From contig CBDCBX010000019.1 in the NCBI GenBank assembly GCA_965214465.1, positions 147,987 to 211,986 on the forward strand: DNA of 64,000 bases. Direction: 5' to 3'. Of this stretch, positions 1-10,172 are shown in pieces. The stretch comes from Acidobacteriota bacterium. Its GTDB lineage: Bacteria; Acidobacteriota; UBA6911; RPQK01; CBDAPI01. Positions within the stretch are counted from its first letter, which is position 1. Every line of letters starts with the position of its first letter. A program made the position numbers and the translations under genes. The notes beneath the pieces were generated by a model. That model was not told where the DNA came from. It searched no databases and saw only the letters and a program-made list of their open reading frames with translations.

Positions 1-2053
1 TGGCCTTTTCAGCCGCCCAGCCTTCCAGTATCTTGCCCCGGATTCCGACGCCGGTTCGAAGCGGTACGATGACGACCTGTGCCCGATGGTAGTACTCCCG
101 GATATCTTCGACAAAACCGGTCACCGTGACATTGGGATGGTTCGCCAGACGCCGGATCTCCAGCGGAGGAGAGGAGCCCACAATGTAGAGATGAGTTTCG
201 GGTCTGGACTCCAGGAGCAGAGGAAAAATCTCCCGCTGAAAGTAAAGCATGGCATCCACATTGGGTTCATGACGGAAGGCTCCAACGTAAACCAGGGAGT
301 CTGGCTCGATCTGGTCCGGACTTCCCGGAGTAAAGTAACCAGTATCCACTCCGGTATTCACAACGTGAAGCCTGGCATCGGGGATGTACCCCGCCAGAAA
401 TGCCGCATCGGTGTCGGTCACGCAGACAACGCCGTCCGTTCTGCGGCACATCTGGAGCTCCCGGTGGAGCGTTTGGAGGGTGTTGTAGTAGCGCCGCAGG
501 CGCTTCCACGGCTTCGTTTCCAAAGCCTCCAGGCTGTGGTGAGCTGCGTAGTTTACCTCGATTTCAGTCACCAGCTTGGGAATACCCGGAAATAGATCGG
601 CATACTGAACCATTTGGGTCCACTCAAAATGAACCAGGTCGAAATCCTCTTCGGCTAGAACGCTTTCCAGTGATTCCCGGAAGTTGGCACAGTTGAACTC
701 TTCAAAGGGCTCGTAGAGGTAGGGCGAGACCGGCTCGAAGTGGCGGCGCAGGACCGTTTCGAGGCGCTCGCAATAAGGAGCTGCCTGCCCCGCCTGCTCG
801 AGTTCATCACGGCTCTCGACAAAGCTGACCAGCGTCAGACGGTGTCTGCCAGAGAGGCGGCTCAGGAGCTGGAAGACCCTGCCCGCCCCTCCGTGCCGGC
901 CCAGGTGGGGGAGGTAGGCACTGGCGATGAGAATCCGGGAGGGGACTCCCTCGATCTGACTGTGCCGGTCGGGATGAAAAAAGTTCAAATAAGACAGCGG
1001 GCGTCTTGCCCACTCCAGAAACTGCCGTTCTGTGTAACGGCGAGGCGGTTCACAGGCTCTCCCGAAAAGAGCTCCAGGTGCCCGGGTCAGAGCTCGGAGA
1101 TAACCGGCCGGTGTGATCTCCCGGCGGACTCGGAGCGGATAGAGCAGGAAGTGGGAGAGGAGCGAGGACAACTGGAAGTTCCTCCACAGGTACCACAGTT
1201 TCCGTTGCTCGATCATCTCTTGAATCTGGTCTTCGTTGAAGAGCCTCAGGGAGCTGCTTCGATGTTTGTGGACAACTTGACTCGCAGCCGCAAACAATAC
1301 CCGGAGGCCCCGTCTCCAGGCCCGGTAGCTCAAGTCGGTGTCCTCCACATAGCAGGGGGAGAAAATGGGAGCGAAGCCCTTCAGCCTGAGAAAATAGTCC
1401 CGGCGGAATGCGGAAGATCCTCCACCCGCCCACAGAACCGGCAGGACACGACGTTTCTTGTGAGCCTTCCGGACGGGTTCGTGACTGAGGTGAAGACGGC
1501 CGTTCTCAAAGTGGCCACTCGTATTGCCTGTCTCCTGGCGCCGTTGCCCGGCTGGAAAAAGAATCTGGGCGCTGACAGCAAAGACATCGGGATCCACAAA
1601 TGGCTCCAGGAGGGGGGCCAGAAAAGAAGGATCCACGACCATGTCGTTGTTCAGAAGAACCACTATGTTGTGTCGGGCCGCCGCCACTCCGCGATTGTTG
1701 CCTTCTCCGAACCCGAGGTTACGGTCCAGCTCCAGAATTCTCACGCACGAAAAATGCTGGCGAATCCATGGCACGCTGCCGTCCGTGCTTCCGTTGTCGA
1801 CCACGAGAACCTCGTGATCTCTACCGTCGGTTTTGATGGCCTGGACCACGGCAGGCAAGCATTCTTCGAGGAGTTCACGGCCATTCCAATTCAGGATCAC
1901 GATCGAGCAACGATCACGAGGTGTGTCAGTCAGAGAAAAGGAACCCCGGACGGTTCTCAGGAGGAGAGAAACGAGCTCAGCCAGCGCAGCCGCGACGAGC
2001 AGCAGGAGCTGGACAGGAAGCAGGACGAGCCAGATGAGAAGCCTGGCAATCAT
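1..2053 (-). CDS. Glycosyltransferase, GT2 domain fused to GT4 domain (partial, runs off left edge)
   Basis: Not in ORF track because it is edge-truncated. Hand translation of the minus strand from ATG 2053 gives SIVILNWNGRELLEECL...VLLNNDMVV (GT2), then EPNVDAMLYF...TVTGFVEDIREYY...VIVPLRTGVGIRGKILE (GT4). The same register holds in both parts; no stop was seen in the stretches translated, including the 593-750 linker. Confidence 0.85.
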   Translation of the reverse strand, partial: MIARLLIWLVLLPVQLLLLVAAALAELVSLLLRTVRGSFSLTDTPRDRCSIVILNWNGRELLEECLPAVVQAIKTDGRDHEVLVVDNGSTDGSVPWIRQHFSCVRILELDRNLGFGEGNNRGVAAARHNIVVLLNNDMVVDPSFLAPLLEPFVDPDVFAVSAQILFPAGQRRQETGNTSGHFENGRLHLSHEPVRKAHKKRRVLPVLWAGGGSSAFRRDYFLRLKGFAPIFSPCYVEDTDLSYRAWRRGLRVLFAAASQVVHKHRSSSLRLFNEDQIQEMIEQRKLWYLWRNFQLSSLLSHFLLYPLRVRREITPAGYLRALTRAPGALFGRACEPPRRYTERQFLEWARRPLSYLNFFHPDRHSQIEGVPSRILIASAYLPHLGRHGGAGRVFQLLSRLSGRHRLTLVSFVESRDELEQAGQAAPYCERLETVLRRHFEPVSPYLYEPFEEFNCANFRESLESVLAEEDFDLVHFEWTQMVQYADLFPGIPKLVTEIEVNYAAHHSLEALETKPWKRLRRYYNTLQTLHRELQMCRRTDGVVCVTDTDAAFLAGYIPDARLHVVNTGVDTGYFTPGSPDQIEPDSLVYVGAFRHEPNVDAMLYFQREIFPLLLESRPETHLYIVGSSPPLEIRRLANHPNVTVTGFVEDIREYYHRAQVVIVPLRTGVGIRGKILEGWAAEKA

Positions 2054-2182
2054 CGCACACCACCCTCGGATGAACCCTGAGGCCCGGAAAAGGCATCTCT
2101 GATGTGGTGATGCAGACTGCGACAGGCTGCCATGTGCCGCGGTAGAATATGAGATTCGGGCAGCCCAGGTAAAGGGGGACGA

Positions 2183-2797
2183 ATGAGAATGAGAGCGACC
2201 TGGCTTGCTGCCACACTGTCACTTCTGGCAGCAACGACCAGTCTGAGAGCGACCAGTGTCAAGATTGTAAACATCTCTGAGATGGTGCAGGGCTCAAACC
2301 GTGTTTTTCACGGTCGCTGTTTGTCGGCCCGGGAGATCACCCACAACAATGGTCTGCCCATTGTGGAATACACGTTCCTGGTCACAGAGGGTCTCAAGGG
2401 GACTGTGGCTGGAGAGAAAGTTGTTTTTCGGCAGGTTCAGGGGTTTGGCGCCAGAGGGTTCAGGATCGCCGGGCTCCCCGTTTTTACTAAAGACCAGGAG
2501 CTGGTTCTCTTCCTGGCCGCCGACAGCAGGATCGGATTGACAAGTCCGATCGGTCTCTCGCAGGGAGCGTTTTCGGTGTTCGAAGACCCAAGAGGGAGGC
2601 TGACGATCGTAAACGGCTTTAAGAACTTGAACCTTACCCACGAGTTGCAGCCAGGCCGGCTCCACAAGATGGGTCTTAAGCGTTCCCAGGCTGAGTTGCT
2701 GGGGAATCAGGGCCCGATTTCGCTCGAGACGCTCTCTGAAGCGGTTCGCGCCATTGACGTCTATCAGCGGGGCAAGGCCCCCAGGTCGATCCGATGA
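2183..2797 (+). CDS. Secreted hypothetical protein, possible OB/NTR-like fold, coupled to matrixin
   Basis: Signal peptide; ATGA overlap with the next gene. Confidence 0.7.
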   Translation: MRMRATWLAATLSLLAATTSLRATSVKIVNISEMVQGSNRVFHGRCLSAREITHNNGLPIVEYTFLVTEGLKGTVAGEKVVFRQVQGFGARGFRIAGLPVFTKDQELVLFLAADSRIGLTSPIGLSQGAFSVFEDPRGRLTIVNGFKNLNLTHELQPGRLHKMGLKRSQAELLGNQGPISLETLSEAVRAIDVYQRGKAPRSIR

Positions 2798-5700
2798 GCA
2801 TTCAAGCGGAGTGCCGCCTAGGGCCAGGTCTGGTGGCGTTTTCCATCCAGTTCAGTCTCCTTCTCGGACAGGCGGCTCTGTTTGCAGGAGGGCCCCTGGC
2901 TCCCCTGGGCCCCGGTGTCTTCGCACGCTGGAACCCTCTCCAGCCGGTCATCATTGCCATCGATCAGGGCCCGATGGGGGTCGGCGGCTCCATCAGCAAC
3001 GCGCAGGGGGTTGATTTCGTCCGCTCGACGCTGGCCGAATGGGAAATCGAAACGGCCACGATCCGTTTTGCCGATGGACCGCAGTTGCCGGTGGATGTGG
3101 GCGTGTCCAACTACTTTCCTTTTCTCACCCAGCCCCAGGCGCAGGGAAATCCCGTGATTTTCGATCACGACGGGTCGATTATTGAAGATCTTCTGGGTGA
3201 GGGTTCCAGCAACAACATTCTCGGCTTTGCCAGCGCCATTCCTGCAGGGGTGAACTTCGGGTTTGGCTTTGCGGTTCTGAATGGGCGCAGGGCCAGCCTG
3301 GCGACTCTCGGTCTGTTTCGCCGAGTCGTGATCCACGAGCTGGGCCATCTGCTGGGCCTGGATCACAGTCAGGGAGATTTTTCTCGACGTTTTGACCCTG
3401 TCTTTGTCCCGGTGATGTTCCCTCTTGCCGGCTCCGGGCCGATCGGACTCAGGTCGGATGATCGAGCGTGGTTGTCTTACATGTATCCGGTGGAGGGATT
3501 TCGGGACCAGACCGGAACCATTCGCGGCCAGGTCTTGCGCCGCAGCGGAGGAGGGCTCTCGGGGGCCAATGTCGTGGCCATGCCCATCGAAGTGGATGGC
3601 GAAGGGCAGTGGACGGAACGACCCGACGGGCTGGTCTCGGTGGTCTCGGACTTCCTGCTGGAAGGAATCGGCCAGTTCGAACTCCCAGGTCTCGATCCCG
3701 GTTCCTACGTCGTTTTCGTGGAGCCGATCTCCTCTTCATTCACCGGGGGAAGTGGCGTCGGCCCCTTCCAGATCCGCTTCGATCAGTTCCCCAAGGACTA
3801 CTACAACGGGGATAACGAGTCGGGCATTCCTCAGTTGGATGATCCAGCCGAGAAGACTCTGCTGCTGGCCCTGGCAGGCCAGCCGCTTGAGGAAGTAATC
3901 CTTCGTGCCAACGAAGGGAGCAATAACCTGGCCTCCCTGACCGATGACGATCAGGAGCTGTTCACTTTTCCTCAGGAATTCACTTTTCCCTTTTTTGGAA
4001 AAATCTATGAACTGGTCACTGTGAACTCCGATGGCAACCTCACCTTTGGCGGGGGCGACAGTGAGAGCACGCCTCGCGACGAAGGACGCTTTGTGTCGGG
4101 TCCGCCTCGGATTGCCCGCCTCTTCACCGACCTGAATCCGGAGGTTGGGGCGGGAGAGGTTCAGGCCGTTTTTGATGGACTCTCCATGACCTTCCAGTGG
4201 AACGAGGTTTCGGAGTTTCTGCCCTTCGGCGGCGTTGGACCCGGGAATACTTTTGCTGTGGAACTCTTTCCCGACGGGAGTGTCCGCTTCGAATACGATC
4301 AGATTCGGGTCACTCCGGTTGATGGGCTGCAGGCGATCGTCGGAATCACACCGGGTGGCAGCTCTGGGGGCGGGCAGGTTAACTGGTCCCAGCAGATGCA
4401 GCCTTTTCAGGCCGGTCTTGAATCCGTTTATGAAGTATTTCCGGGTCAGAGCTTTGATCTGGAGGGGAGTCAGATCATCCTCCTGAGTTCTGAGTCCACC
4501 CACGACCTGTTTTTTCCGGTGATTGATGTGTCCGACTCCAGGTTTACCGGCGTCGCCTTTGGGAACGACTCCCACAAAACGGCCGTTTTCTCTGCGGAAG
4601 CCCTGGGAGCGGGAGGCCAGCACCTGCCTCTGGCCATCAATCCGGTCCTGGAAGGGATCCTGCCCTTCGGTCAACTGGCGACTCTCCTGCGCGATCTGTT
4701 CAGGGATCCGGTCACGGCTCCCTGGAAAGGATGGCTGCGCCTCCGCACCAGCTCTCGAGAACTCTCGAGCTTCTTTCAGATCGGTAACGGCGTGGGAAGT
4801 CGCCCCACCCTGCTGGATGGAGGAATCGCACAGTCAAGTCCGGCCACCCAGCTTGTCTTCAGCCGCGTTCATCAGGGAGAAGGTGCTTTTCCGGTGGGGA
4901 ATGGCACCCTCACAGCCACGACTCACTTTTATCTCGCCAACCCGAACGACGCGCCACTGGGGGCGATTGTGCGGCTGGTCGGCTTCGATGGGATCGTGAG
5001 GGCCCAGGCGCCGATCAATCTTCCGGCCCGCGGGTTCGCTGAAAGGGAGTCCGATCTACTCTTCGGGATCGAGCGGATTGATCAGGGATATGCAGTGGTT
5101 CAGTTTGACGAGCCCGGAGGAATTGCCTTCTCACTGATTCAGGTGGGAGACACGCTACTTGGAAACCCGCCGACCCGAGTCTCGGAAAGTGATTCAGCTT
5201 ATTCAGCGCAGCTGGCCCACGGTTCCCTGGGAGGAATCGATCTGATGACGCTGGTCCGGGTGATCAATCTTTCCGACCAGCCGAGAAGTGTGGAATTGAC
5301 CTCAGTCGCTGAAAATGGGGCATTGATCCAGACCCTGGATCCTGTGCAACTGCAGCCTGGTGAGGCTGTTGAGATCGAAGGTGCAGAGGTGCTGGGCCTG
5401 GGCAGTCAGGCCCTCAAGATCGAAGGTGCTCAGGCTCCGGGGCTGACCGGAGTCGCCTCGGCTCGTGTCGGTTCGCTGATTGTCAATTCCGACGGGTCCG
5501 GCGTGGTCGGGGACGTCGTTTTCGGTGAGTCCGGTACGTTTCGCTTTGGGGCGCAGCTTCTGCTCCAGCATCAGGGTTTTGATCGGGCTCTTTTCGGCCA
5601 TGTCGCAAACTCCACAGCCGAGGACCTGCGAGATCAGACGTTTACCGGTATCGCTCTCTTCAATCCGAATCTAGCCGATGCCCAGGTAGCGATGGTCGTC

Positions 5701-5937
5701 ACCGGCTCGGGAGGCCAGCCCACCGGCGGGCTGGAATTTGTCCTGAAGGCGGGTGAACGCCTCTCTAGAACTCTCCTGGAACTGGTCCCGGAAAGTGCGG
5801 GTCAGGTGGGAGGATACGTTCTGGTGCAATCGAGCCTGCCGCTGATCGGACAGGAACTGTTCGGGAACAACACCCTGGACTACCTGTCAGCGGTGCCCCC
5901 GACTTCTTCTTCTCAGGGGATGGCGGCGCAGCCTTGA
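2794..5937 (+). CDS. Secreted matrixin-family (M10-like metzincin) metalloprotease with carboxypeptidase-regulatory-like, NIDO-like and C-terminal beta-rich domains
   Basis: HELGHLLGLDH zinc motif, Met-turn VMFP, FTFPFFG..Y..VTVNSDGNLTFG NIDO-like motif. Confidence 0.85.
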   Translation: MSIQAECRLGPGLVAFSIQFSLLLGQAALFAGGPLAPLGPGVFARWNPLQPVIIAIDQGPMGVGGSISNAQGVDFVRSTLAEWEIETATIRFADGPQLPVDVGVSNYFPFLTQPQAQGNPVIFDHDGSIIEDLLGEGSSNNILGFASAIPAGVNFGFGFAVLNGRRASLATLGLFRRVVIHELGHLLGLDHSQGDFSRRFDPVFVPVMFPLAGSGPIGLRSDDRAWLSYMYPVEGFRDQTGTIRGQVLRRSGGGLSGANVVAMPIEVDGEGQWTERPDGLVSVVSDFLLEGIGQFELPGLDPGSYVVFVEPISSSFTGGSGVGPFQIRFDQFPKDYYNGDNESGIPQLDDPAEKTLLLALAGQPLEEVILRANEGSNNLASLTDDDQELFTFPQEFTFPFFGKIYELVTVNSDGNLTFGGGDSESTPRDEGRFVSGPPRIARLFTDLNPEVGAGEVQAVFDGLSMTFQWNEVSEFLPFGGVGPGNTFAVELFPDGSVRFEYDQIRVTPVDGLQAIVGITPGGSSGGGQVNWSQQMQPFQAGLESVYEVFPGQSFDLEGSQIILLSSESTHDLFFPVIDVSDSRFTGVAFGNDSHKTAVFSAEALGAGGQHLPLAINPVLEGILPFGQLATLLRDLFRDPVTAPWKGWLRLRTSSRELSSFFQIGNGVGSRPTLLDGGIAQSSPATQLVFSRVHQGEGAFPVGNGTLTATTHFYLANPNDAPLGAIVRLVGFDGIVRAQAPINLPARGFAERESDLLFGIERIDQGYAVVQFDEPGGIAFSLIQVGDTLLGNPPTRVSESDSAYSAQLAHGSLGGIDLMTLVRVINLSDQPRSVELTSVAENGALIQTLDPVQLQPGEAVEIEGAEVLGLGSQALKIEGAQAPGLTGVASARVGSLIVNSDGSGVVGDVVFGESGTFRFGAQLLLQHQGFDRALFGHVANSTAEDLRDQTFTGIALFNPNLADAQVAMVVTGSGGQPTGGLEFVLKAGERLSRTLLELVPESAGQVGGYVLVQSSLPLIGQELFGNNTLDYLSAVPPTSSSQGMAAQP

Positions 5938-6048
5938 GGGGCCGGGCGTTCCACGTTCCGCGTTCCTCGTTTCTGGTTGAGGATCTGAAGCGTGGGAGGC
6001 AGGGCTCGGACCGCAGAGGGTTCTTCCTCAATTCCCCGGGGTTCCCCA

Positions 6049-7503
6049 TCAGGTGGGTTTCACGATTCGTTCTACTGCCATCCCGGTCAGCAGGGTGGTG
6101 GAGGCTCCGATCAGGACATACCAGGTCCAGGCAACAACCGGAAAGAGACCCCAGCCGTAAACTCCATTCAAGTGGACAAGGATTACCACTCCCAACCCGC
6201 TGATCATGGCGATGAGTCCGGCGGTCTCACTTCTGACCTGAGTCCATTGTCCCAACAGAAAAGCACCCAGCACAGAACCCATGACGACACTGGTGATGCC
6301 CAGGCCGACTTCGAGCACACTGCCCCAGTTCCGTGCCAGCAAAGAGACCGCGATCAAGACCACTCCCCAGCCGGCCGTGAAGAGGCGGGACATTCGGATG
6401 TAGTGTTCTTCCGGGGCGCTGGGGGCCAGGTAGGGTCGGTAGAAGTCGTTCAGTGTGGAAGAGGACAGGGAATTCAGGGAACTGCTCAGTGTTGACATGG
6501 CCGCTGCAAAGACAGCGGCTATCACCAGTCCCGAGATGCCGGGAGGCATTTCTTCAACAATGAAAACCGGGAAGATTCGCTGGCTGTCCGCCGGGGGGGC
6601 GCTGGAAGAATGCTCGTAAAAGCTGAATAGCAGAACTCCAATCACCAGGAAGAGCAAGAACTGTCCCAGCACGATGATGCCGCTCAAGATAAGGCCCTGT
6701 TGACTCTTGGCCCGACTCGAGCAGGAGAGATAACGCTGGACCATCATCTGATCGGTGCCGTGAGTGGCGAATGCAAGAAACGCTCCTCCCACAATGGCGC
6801 CGACAAAGGTGTAGGGATTCTCCAGCGAAAAGCTGAAATCGAAAATCTGAAACTTGTCGGATTCAGCAGCAAGGCGGGTGATCTCCTGCCATCCGCCCGC
6901 CAGGTGATCGATCAGAAGGAAGAAGGCGATGACCGCACCCGCGATGTAAACCACCAGCTGGATGACATCGTTCCAGACAACGGCTGTTATTCCTCCATAG
7001 AAGGTGTAGACGATCGTGATCACGCCGATGATGACCACCGTCCACACATCCGAGATACGAGTCACCACGGAAAGCACCAGAGCCGTGGCAAACAGGCGGA
7101 CACCGTCCGCCAGGGTTCGATTCACCTGAAAGAGGCCCGCGGACAAGTTCTTGACTTTGGTTCCAAAGCGAAAGGTCAATATTTCATAGGCACTTTGAAT
7201 ATCTCCCTTAAAGTAAGATGGGATCAAAACAAAGCTGACCAGAACCTTGCCGATGACATATCCGACCGCAAGCTGGAGGAAAGTCAAATTGCGGTCATAG
7301 GCAAAGGCTGGGATCCCGATGAAGGTGAGAGTGCTGGTCTCGGTAGCCACTATCGACAAAGACAGGGCCCACCAGGGGAGCTGTCGGCCTCCCAGGAAAT
7401 AGTCGCTGGTACTTCGTTGCCCCCGCCCCAGCCAGACTCCCAGGATCGCCGTTGCAATGAGGTAACCAAACAGAACAATATAGTCGATGGGACTCAGCTG
7501 CAT
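6049..7503 (-). CDS. Sodium:solute symporter (SSS family), possibly for an amino sugar
   Basis: DYFLGGRQLPWWALSLSIVATETSTLTFIGIP, GTDQMMVQRYL and many TM segments. Confidence 0.9.
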   Translation of the reverse strand: MQLSPIDYIVLFGYLIATAILGVWLGRGQRSTSDYFLGGRQLPWWALSLSIVATETSTLTFIGIPAFAYDRNLTFLQLAVGYVIGKVLVSFVLIPSYFKGDIQSAYEILTFRFGTKVKNLSAGLFQVNRTLADGVRLFATALVLSVVTRISDVWTVVIIGVITIVYTFYGGITAVVWNDVIQLVVYIAGAVIAFFLLIDHLAGGWQEITRLAAESDKFQIFDFSFSLENPYTFVGAIVGGAFLAFATHGTDQMMVQRYLSCSSRAKSQQGLILSGIIVLGQFLLFLVIGVLLFSFYEHSSSAPPADSQRIFPVFIVEEMPPGISGLVIAAVFAAAMSTLSSSLNSLSSSTLNDFYRPYLAPSAPEEHYIRMSRLFTAGWGVVLIAVSLLARNWGSVLEVGLGITSVVMGSVLGAFLLGQWTQVRSETAGLIAMISGLGVVILVHLNGVYGWGLFPVVAWTWYVLIGASTTLLTGMAVERIVKPT

Positions 7504-7576
7504 TTCCCATTATGGTTGACGCCTGCACCGGGAATAGTCAAACGATCTTCGAGACACGCGGTTTCAGGATGGGCCA

Positions 7577-8518
7577 ATGAAAGTTCTTGCCGGGATTGAT
7601 GGTGGAGGCTCCAAGACGGCCGGGGGCGTAGGGGACGAAGAGGGGACTGTCCTGGGGAGCTTTGTCACGGGCCCTTCGAACATTCTCAAAGACGGTGCGC
7701 TGGCGGTCAAGAATGCCCTGTCGGAGGCTCTGGAAGGGGCCTGCTCCAATGCATCGCTGCCGAGGGGAGACATTGAGGTTGTCTGTGCCGGAATTGCGGG
7801 CGTTGTCCGCAGCGAGAGTCGGGATCTGGTGGAAGGCATGCTGAGAGGAATGACCCCGGCCCGGACCGTGCTGGTAGAAACGGATGCTCACATTGCTCTG
7901 GCGGGGGCCACCAACTGTCGCCCCGGAATCATCGTGATTTCGGGAACCGGGTCGGTGGCTTTCGGTGTGAACCCCGAGGGCCGCACGGCTCTGGTGGGGG
8001 GGTGGGGGCACCTGCTGGGTGATGAGGGGAGTGGATACGATATCGCGCGACGCGGTCTTCAGGCAGTTCTCCAAGAAATGGATGGAAGGGGGCCCGCCAC
8101 GTCGATCAGTCAGAAAATTGCTGCCGAGCTCTTTGTCAGTTCCAGTGAGCGGGTGGTTCACGAGCTCTACCGGGGTCAGTTGACGGAGGGCAAGATTGCC
8201 TCTCTCTATCCTCTGATTGATCAGGCGGCTCAAGAGGGTGACTCTGTCGCACTCCAACTCTTTGAAGATGCGGCCGGCCATCTGGCGGATGCCGCCCGGG
8301 CAGTTGTCAAAGAGCTTGCTCTCGTGCCCGGGGAGGCTCTGATTACGGTTGCGGGCGGCGCTCTGGTGGGAAGTCCGTTCCTGCGGAAATGCCTGGACCG
8401 GGCACTCGCGACGGGTGGGCTGGCATCCCTCCGGGATCCCTTTGCCGGGGCCGAGATCGGGGCGTTGCTAATCGCCGGCAGAGTGCTACGGGGCCAGCCG
8501 CACTTCGAACCAGCCTAG
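7577..8518 (+). CDS. BadF/BadG/BcrA/BcrD-family sugar kinase (GlcNAc/MurNAc kinase-like)
   Basis: GIDGGGSKT, ISGTGS and GGWGHLLGDEGSG motifs. The stop codon is part of a CTAG IS target. Confidence 0.85.
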   Translation: MKVLAGIDGGGSKTAGGVGDEEGTVLGSFVTGPSNILKDGALAVKNALSEALEGACSNASLPRGDIEVVCAGIAGVVRSESRDLVEGMLRGMTPARTVLVETDAHIALAGATNCRPGIIVISGTGSVAFGVNPEGRTALVGGWGHLLGDEGSGYDIARRGLQAVLQEMDGRGPATSISQKIAAELFVSSSERVVHELYRGQLTEGKIASLYPLIDQAAQEGDSVALQLFEDAAGHLADAARAVVKELALVPGEALITVAGGALVGSPFLRKCLDRALATGGLASLRDPFAGAEIGALLIAGRVLRGQPHFEPA

Positions 8519-10168
8519 CCCGGATTATGCAAGAACCGTAATCCGGAGTTGAAAAACGACTCGAGAAGTGGCTCAACTCGAAAGCGGACAGGTGTGACAG
8601 GCGGATTTGCGAAGAATATCGGTTGGCGAGGCGTTTGAAGTGGTTGGGGAGTGAATTTCAGACAGATCTGGGCCTGGGTGAGTATCGGAAGCGGTTTTTC
8701 GGGGAGCTGGGAGAGGCTAGCTGGAGTTGAGACGACTCAAGACGAGGTGGAAGAGGGGTTGTTCGGGAAAGGCTGAGGAAAGATGGACCCAGATGCGTCG
8801 AGTGGTTTGTCGGATCCGGGCCCCGATCTTGAGGACACGACGACGTAAGGTTTCGATTTCGAGCTTGTGCCAGGGGGTCCCGTGCAGATAGTCGCGCAGG
8901 CGCACGAACATCTGGTAAGCCAGGGCATGCAGAAGGAGTCGAAACTGATTGGCCAGGAATCGATGACAGCTGAGTCGGTCCATGCTCAGATGATTCTTGA
9001 AGGCCTTGATGAAGTTTTCGGTCTGTCCTCGGTTTGTGTAGTGGTCATAAAGTGATTGGGAGCAGAGATCGTCCCGGTTGGTGACCACAAAGCGACGATT
9101 GATCCCGCGCTGATCGACCTCCACTTTGACGATGACGCGACGAGATCGATCCCAGCTGTTGGCTCGATAAAGAAACTCGTCAAACTGACGCTGTTTTTCC
9201 TCCAGCTCAAGGAACCTTTCCCGAGTCGAATCCAGCAGGGGCTCGACCACTCGCTGCAGGCGAGGGTTTCGACTTAACCCAATGACATACTGGAGTTGAT
9301 TCTCTTCAGCCTCACAGAACTCGTAGAGCCGCGGCGTGGCAAAGCCGCTGTCGGCCCGAATCTCAATCTCGACATCCGTCCCCACTCCTTGTCGGATAGC
9401 CTCCACGACTCGCTTCAGAATGGGCACGATGTGAGAGGCAGCTCCCTTGTTGCCAGGTCTCAACACGGCACACACCAGGTCTCCCGTGTCGGCATCGAAG
9501 ATCAGCAAAGGATGCAGAATGTGGCTTCGGTAATACCCGTGGTAGAAGGAGAACTCCTGCTGGCCGTGGGTATGGTCGTCGGTACTGTCCAGATCCAGGA
9601 TGATCTTACCGGGACGTCTTTTCTTCAGGGAGCGCACATAACGGCCTAGCAGCCACTGGCTCAAACGCATCAGATCCTTCCTGGTGACGGAGTTCTCCAA
9701 GCGGGAGAAAGTCGGCTGCGTGGCCAAATCCGGATCGCTCTCCGGCAACTGATCACAGACGGTTTTGAGCATCGGATCCGAGCGCAGCGTATCGGCGTCA
9801 TTACAGTCTTCGTAGCCGGCCACGATCTGCAAGACTCGTTGTCGGATCAACTTCAACAGATCATGACGAATGTAGCGTTGGTCTCGACTCTCCGAAATAC
9901 ACGAACTGAAGCCCTCGCAGAGCCGATGTTGCCGATCCACCGATCCAAACAACAACCATCCTGCGTCGGAAGTGAGGCTCCCCCCATCAAAACGCGCCGT
10001 GATCTTTCTGTGGCTGTGAAATGGCAGGGTATTCTGGCAGACTGCTCTTAACATTGCCGTAGCTCCTGGTTAGGGTCTTGTTTGTGTAAACCCTTTTATA
10101 TCAGAGAGCTACGGCTCTTTTTATGGGCCCAAATCTCACTCGGATTCAGATCTCATGCATAATCCGGG
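8519..10168 (-). mobile_element. IS1380-family element, copy 1 (intact)
   Basis: TIRs CCCGGATTATGCA / TGCATAATCCGGG; CTAG duplicated at 8515-8518 and 10169-10172. Confidence 0.95.
8717..10054 (-). CDS. IS1380-family transposase
   Basis: FDGGSLTSDAG, LDLDSTDD, RADSGF and YTNRGQTENFIK motifs. Confidence 0.95.
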   Translation of the reverse strand: MLRAVCQNTLPFHSHRKITARFDGGSLTSDAGWLLFGSVDRQHRLCEGFSSCISESRDQRYIRHDLLKLIRQRVLQIVAGYEDCNDADTLRSDPMLKTVCDQLPESDPDLATQPTFSRLENSVTRKDLMRLSQWLLGRYVRSLKKRRPGKIILDLDSTDDHTHGQQEFSFYHGYYRSHILHPLLIFDADTGDLVCAVLRPGNKGAASHIVPILKRVVEAIRQGVGTDVEIEIRADSGFATPRLYEFCEAEENQLQYVIGLSRNPRLQRVVEPLLDSTRERFLELEEKQRQFDEFLYRANSWDRSRRVIVKVEVDQRGINRRFVVTNRDDLCSQSLYDHYTNRGQTENFIKAFKNHLSMDRLSCHRFLANQFRLLLHALAYQMFVRLRDYLHGTPWHKLEIETLRRRVLKIGARIRQTTRRIWVHLSSAFPEQPLFHLVLSRLNSS

Positions 10169-10172
10169 CTAG

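Noticed and set aside
740-2080. 446-aa plus-strand ORF (also 86-595)
   Set aside because: Codon-registered antisense shadow of the minus-strand glycosyltransferase.
6700-7599. 299-aa plus-strand ORF; similar long ORFs at 36906-38081, 39918-40784 and 42119-43354
   Set aside because: Antisense shadows of motif-bearing genes on the other strand.
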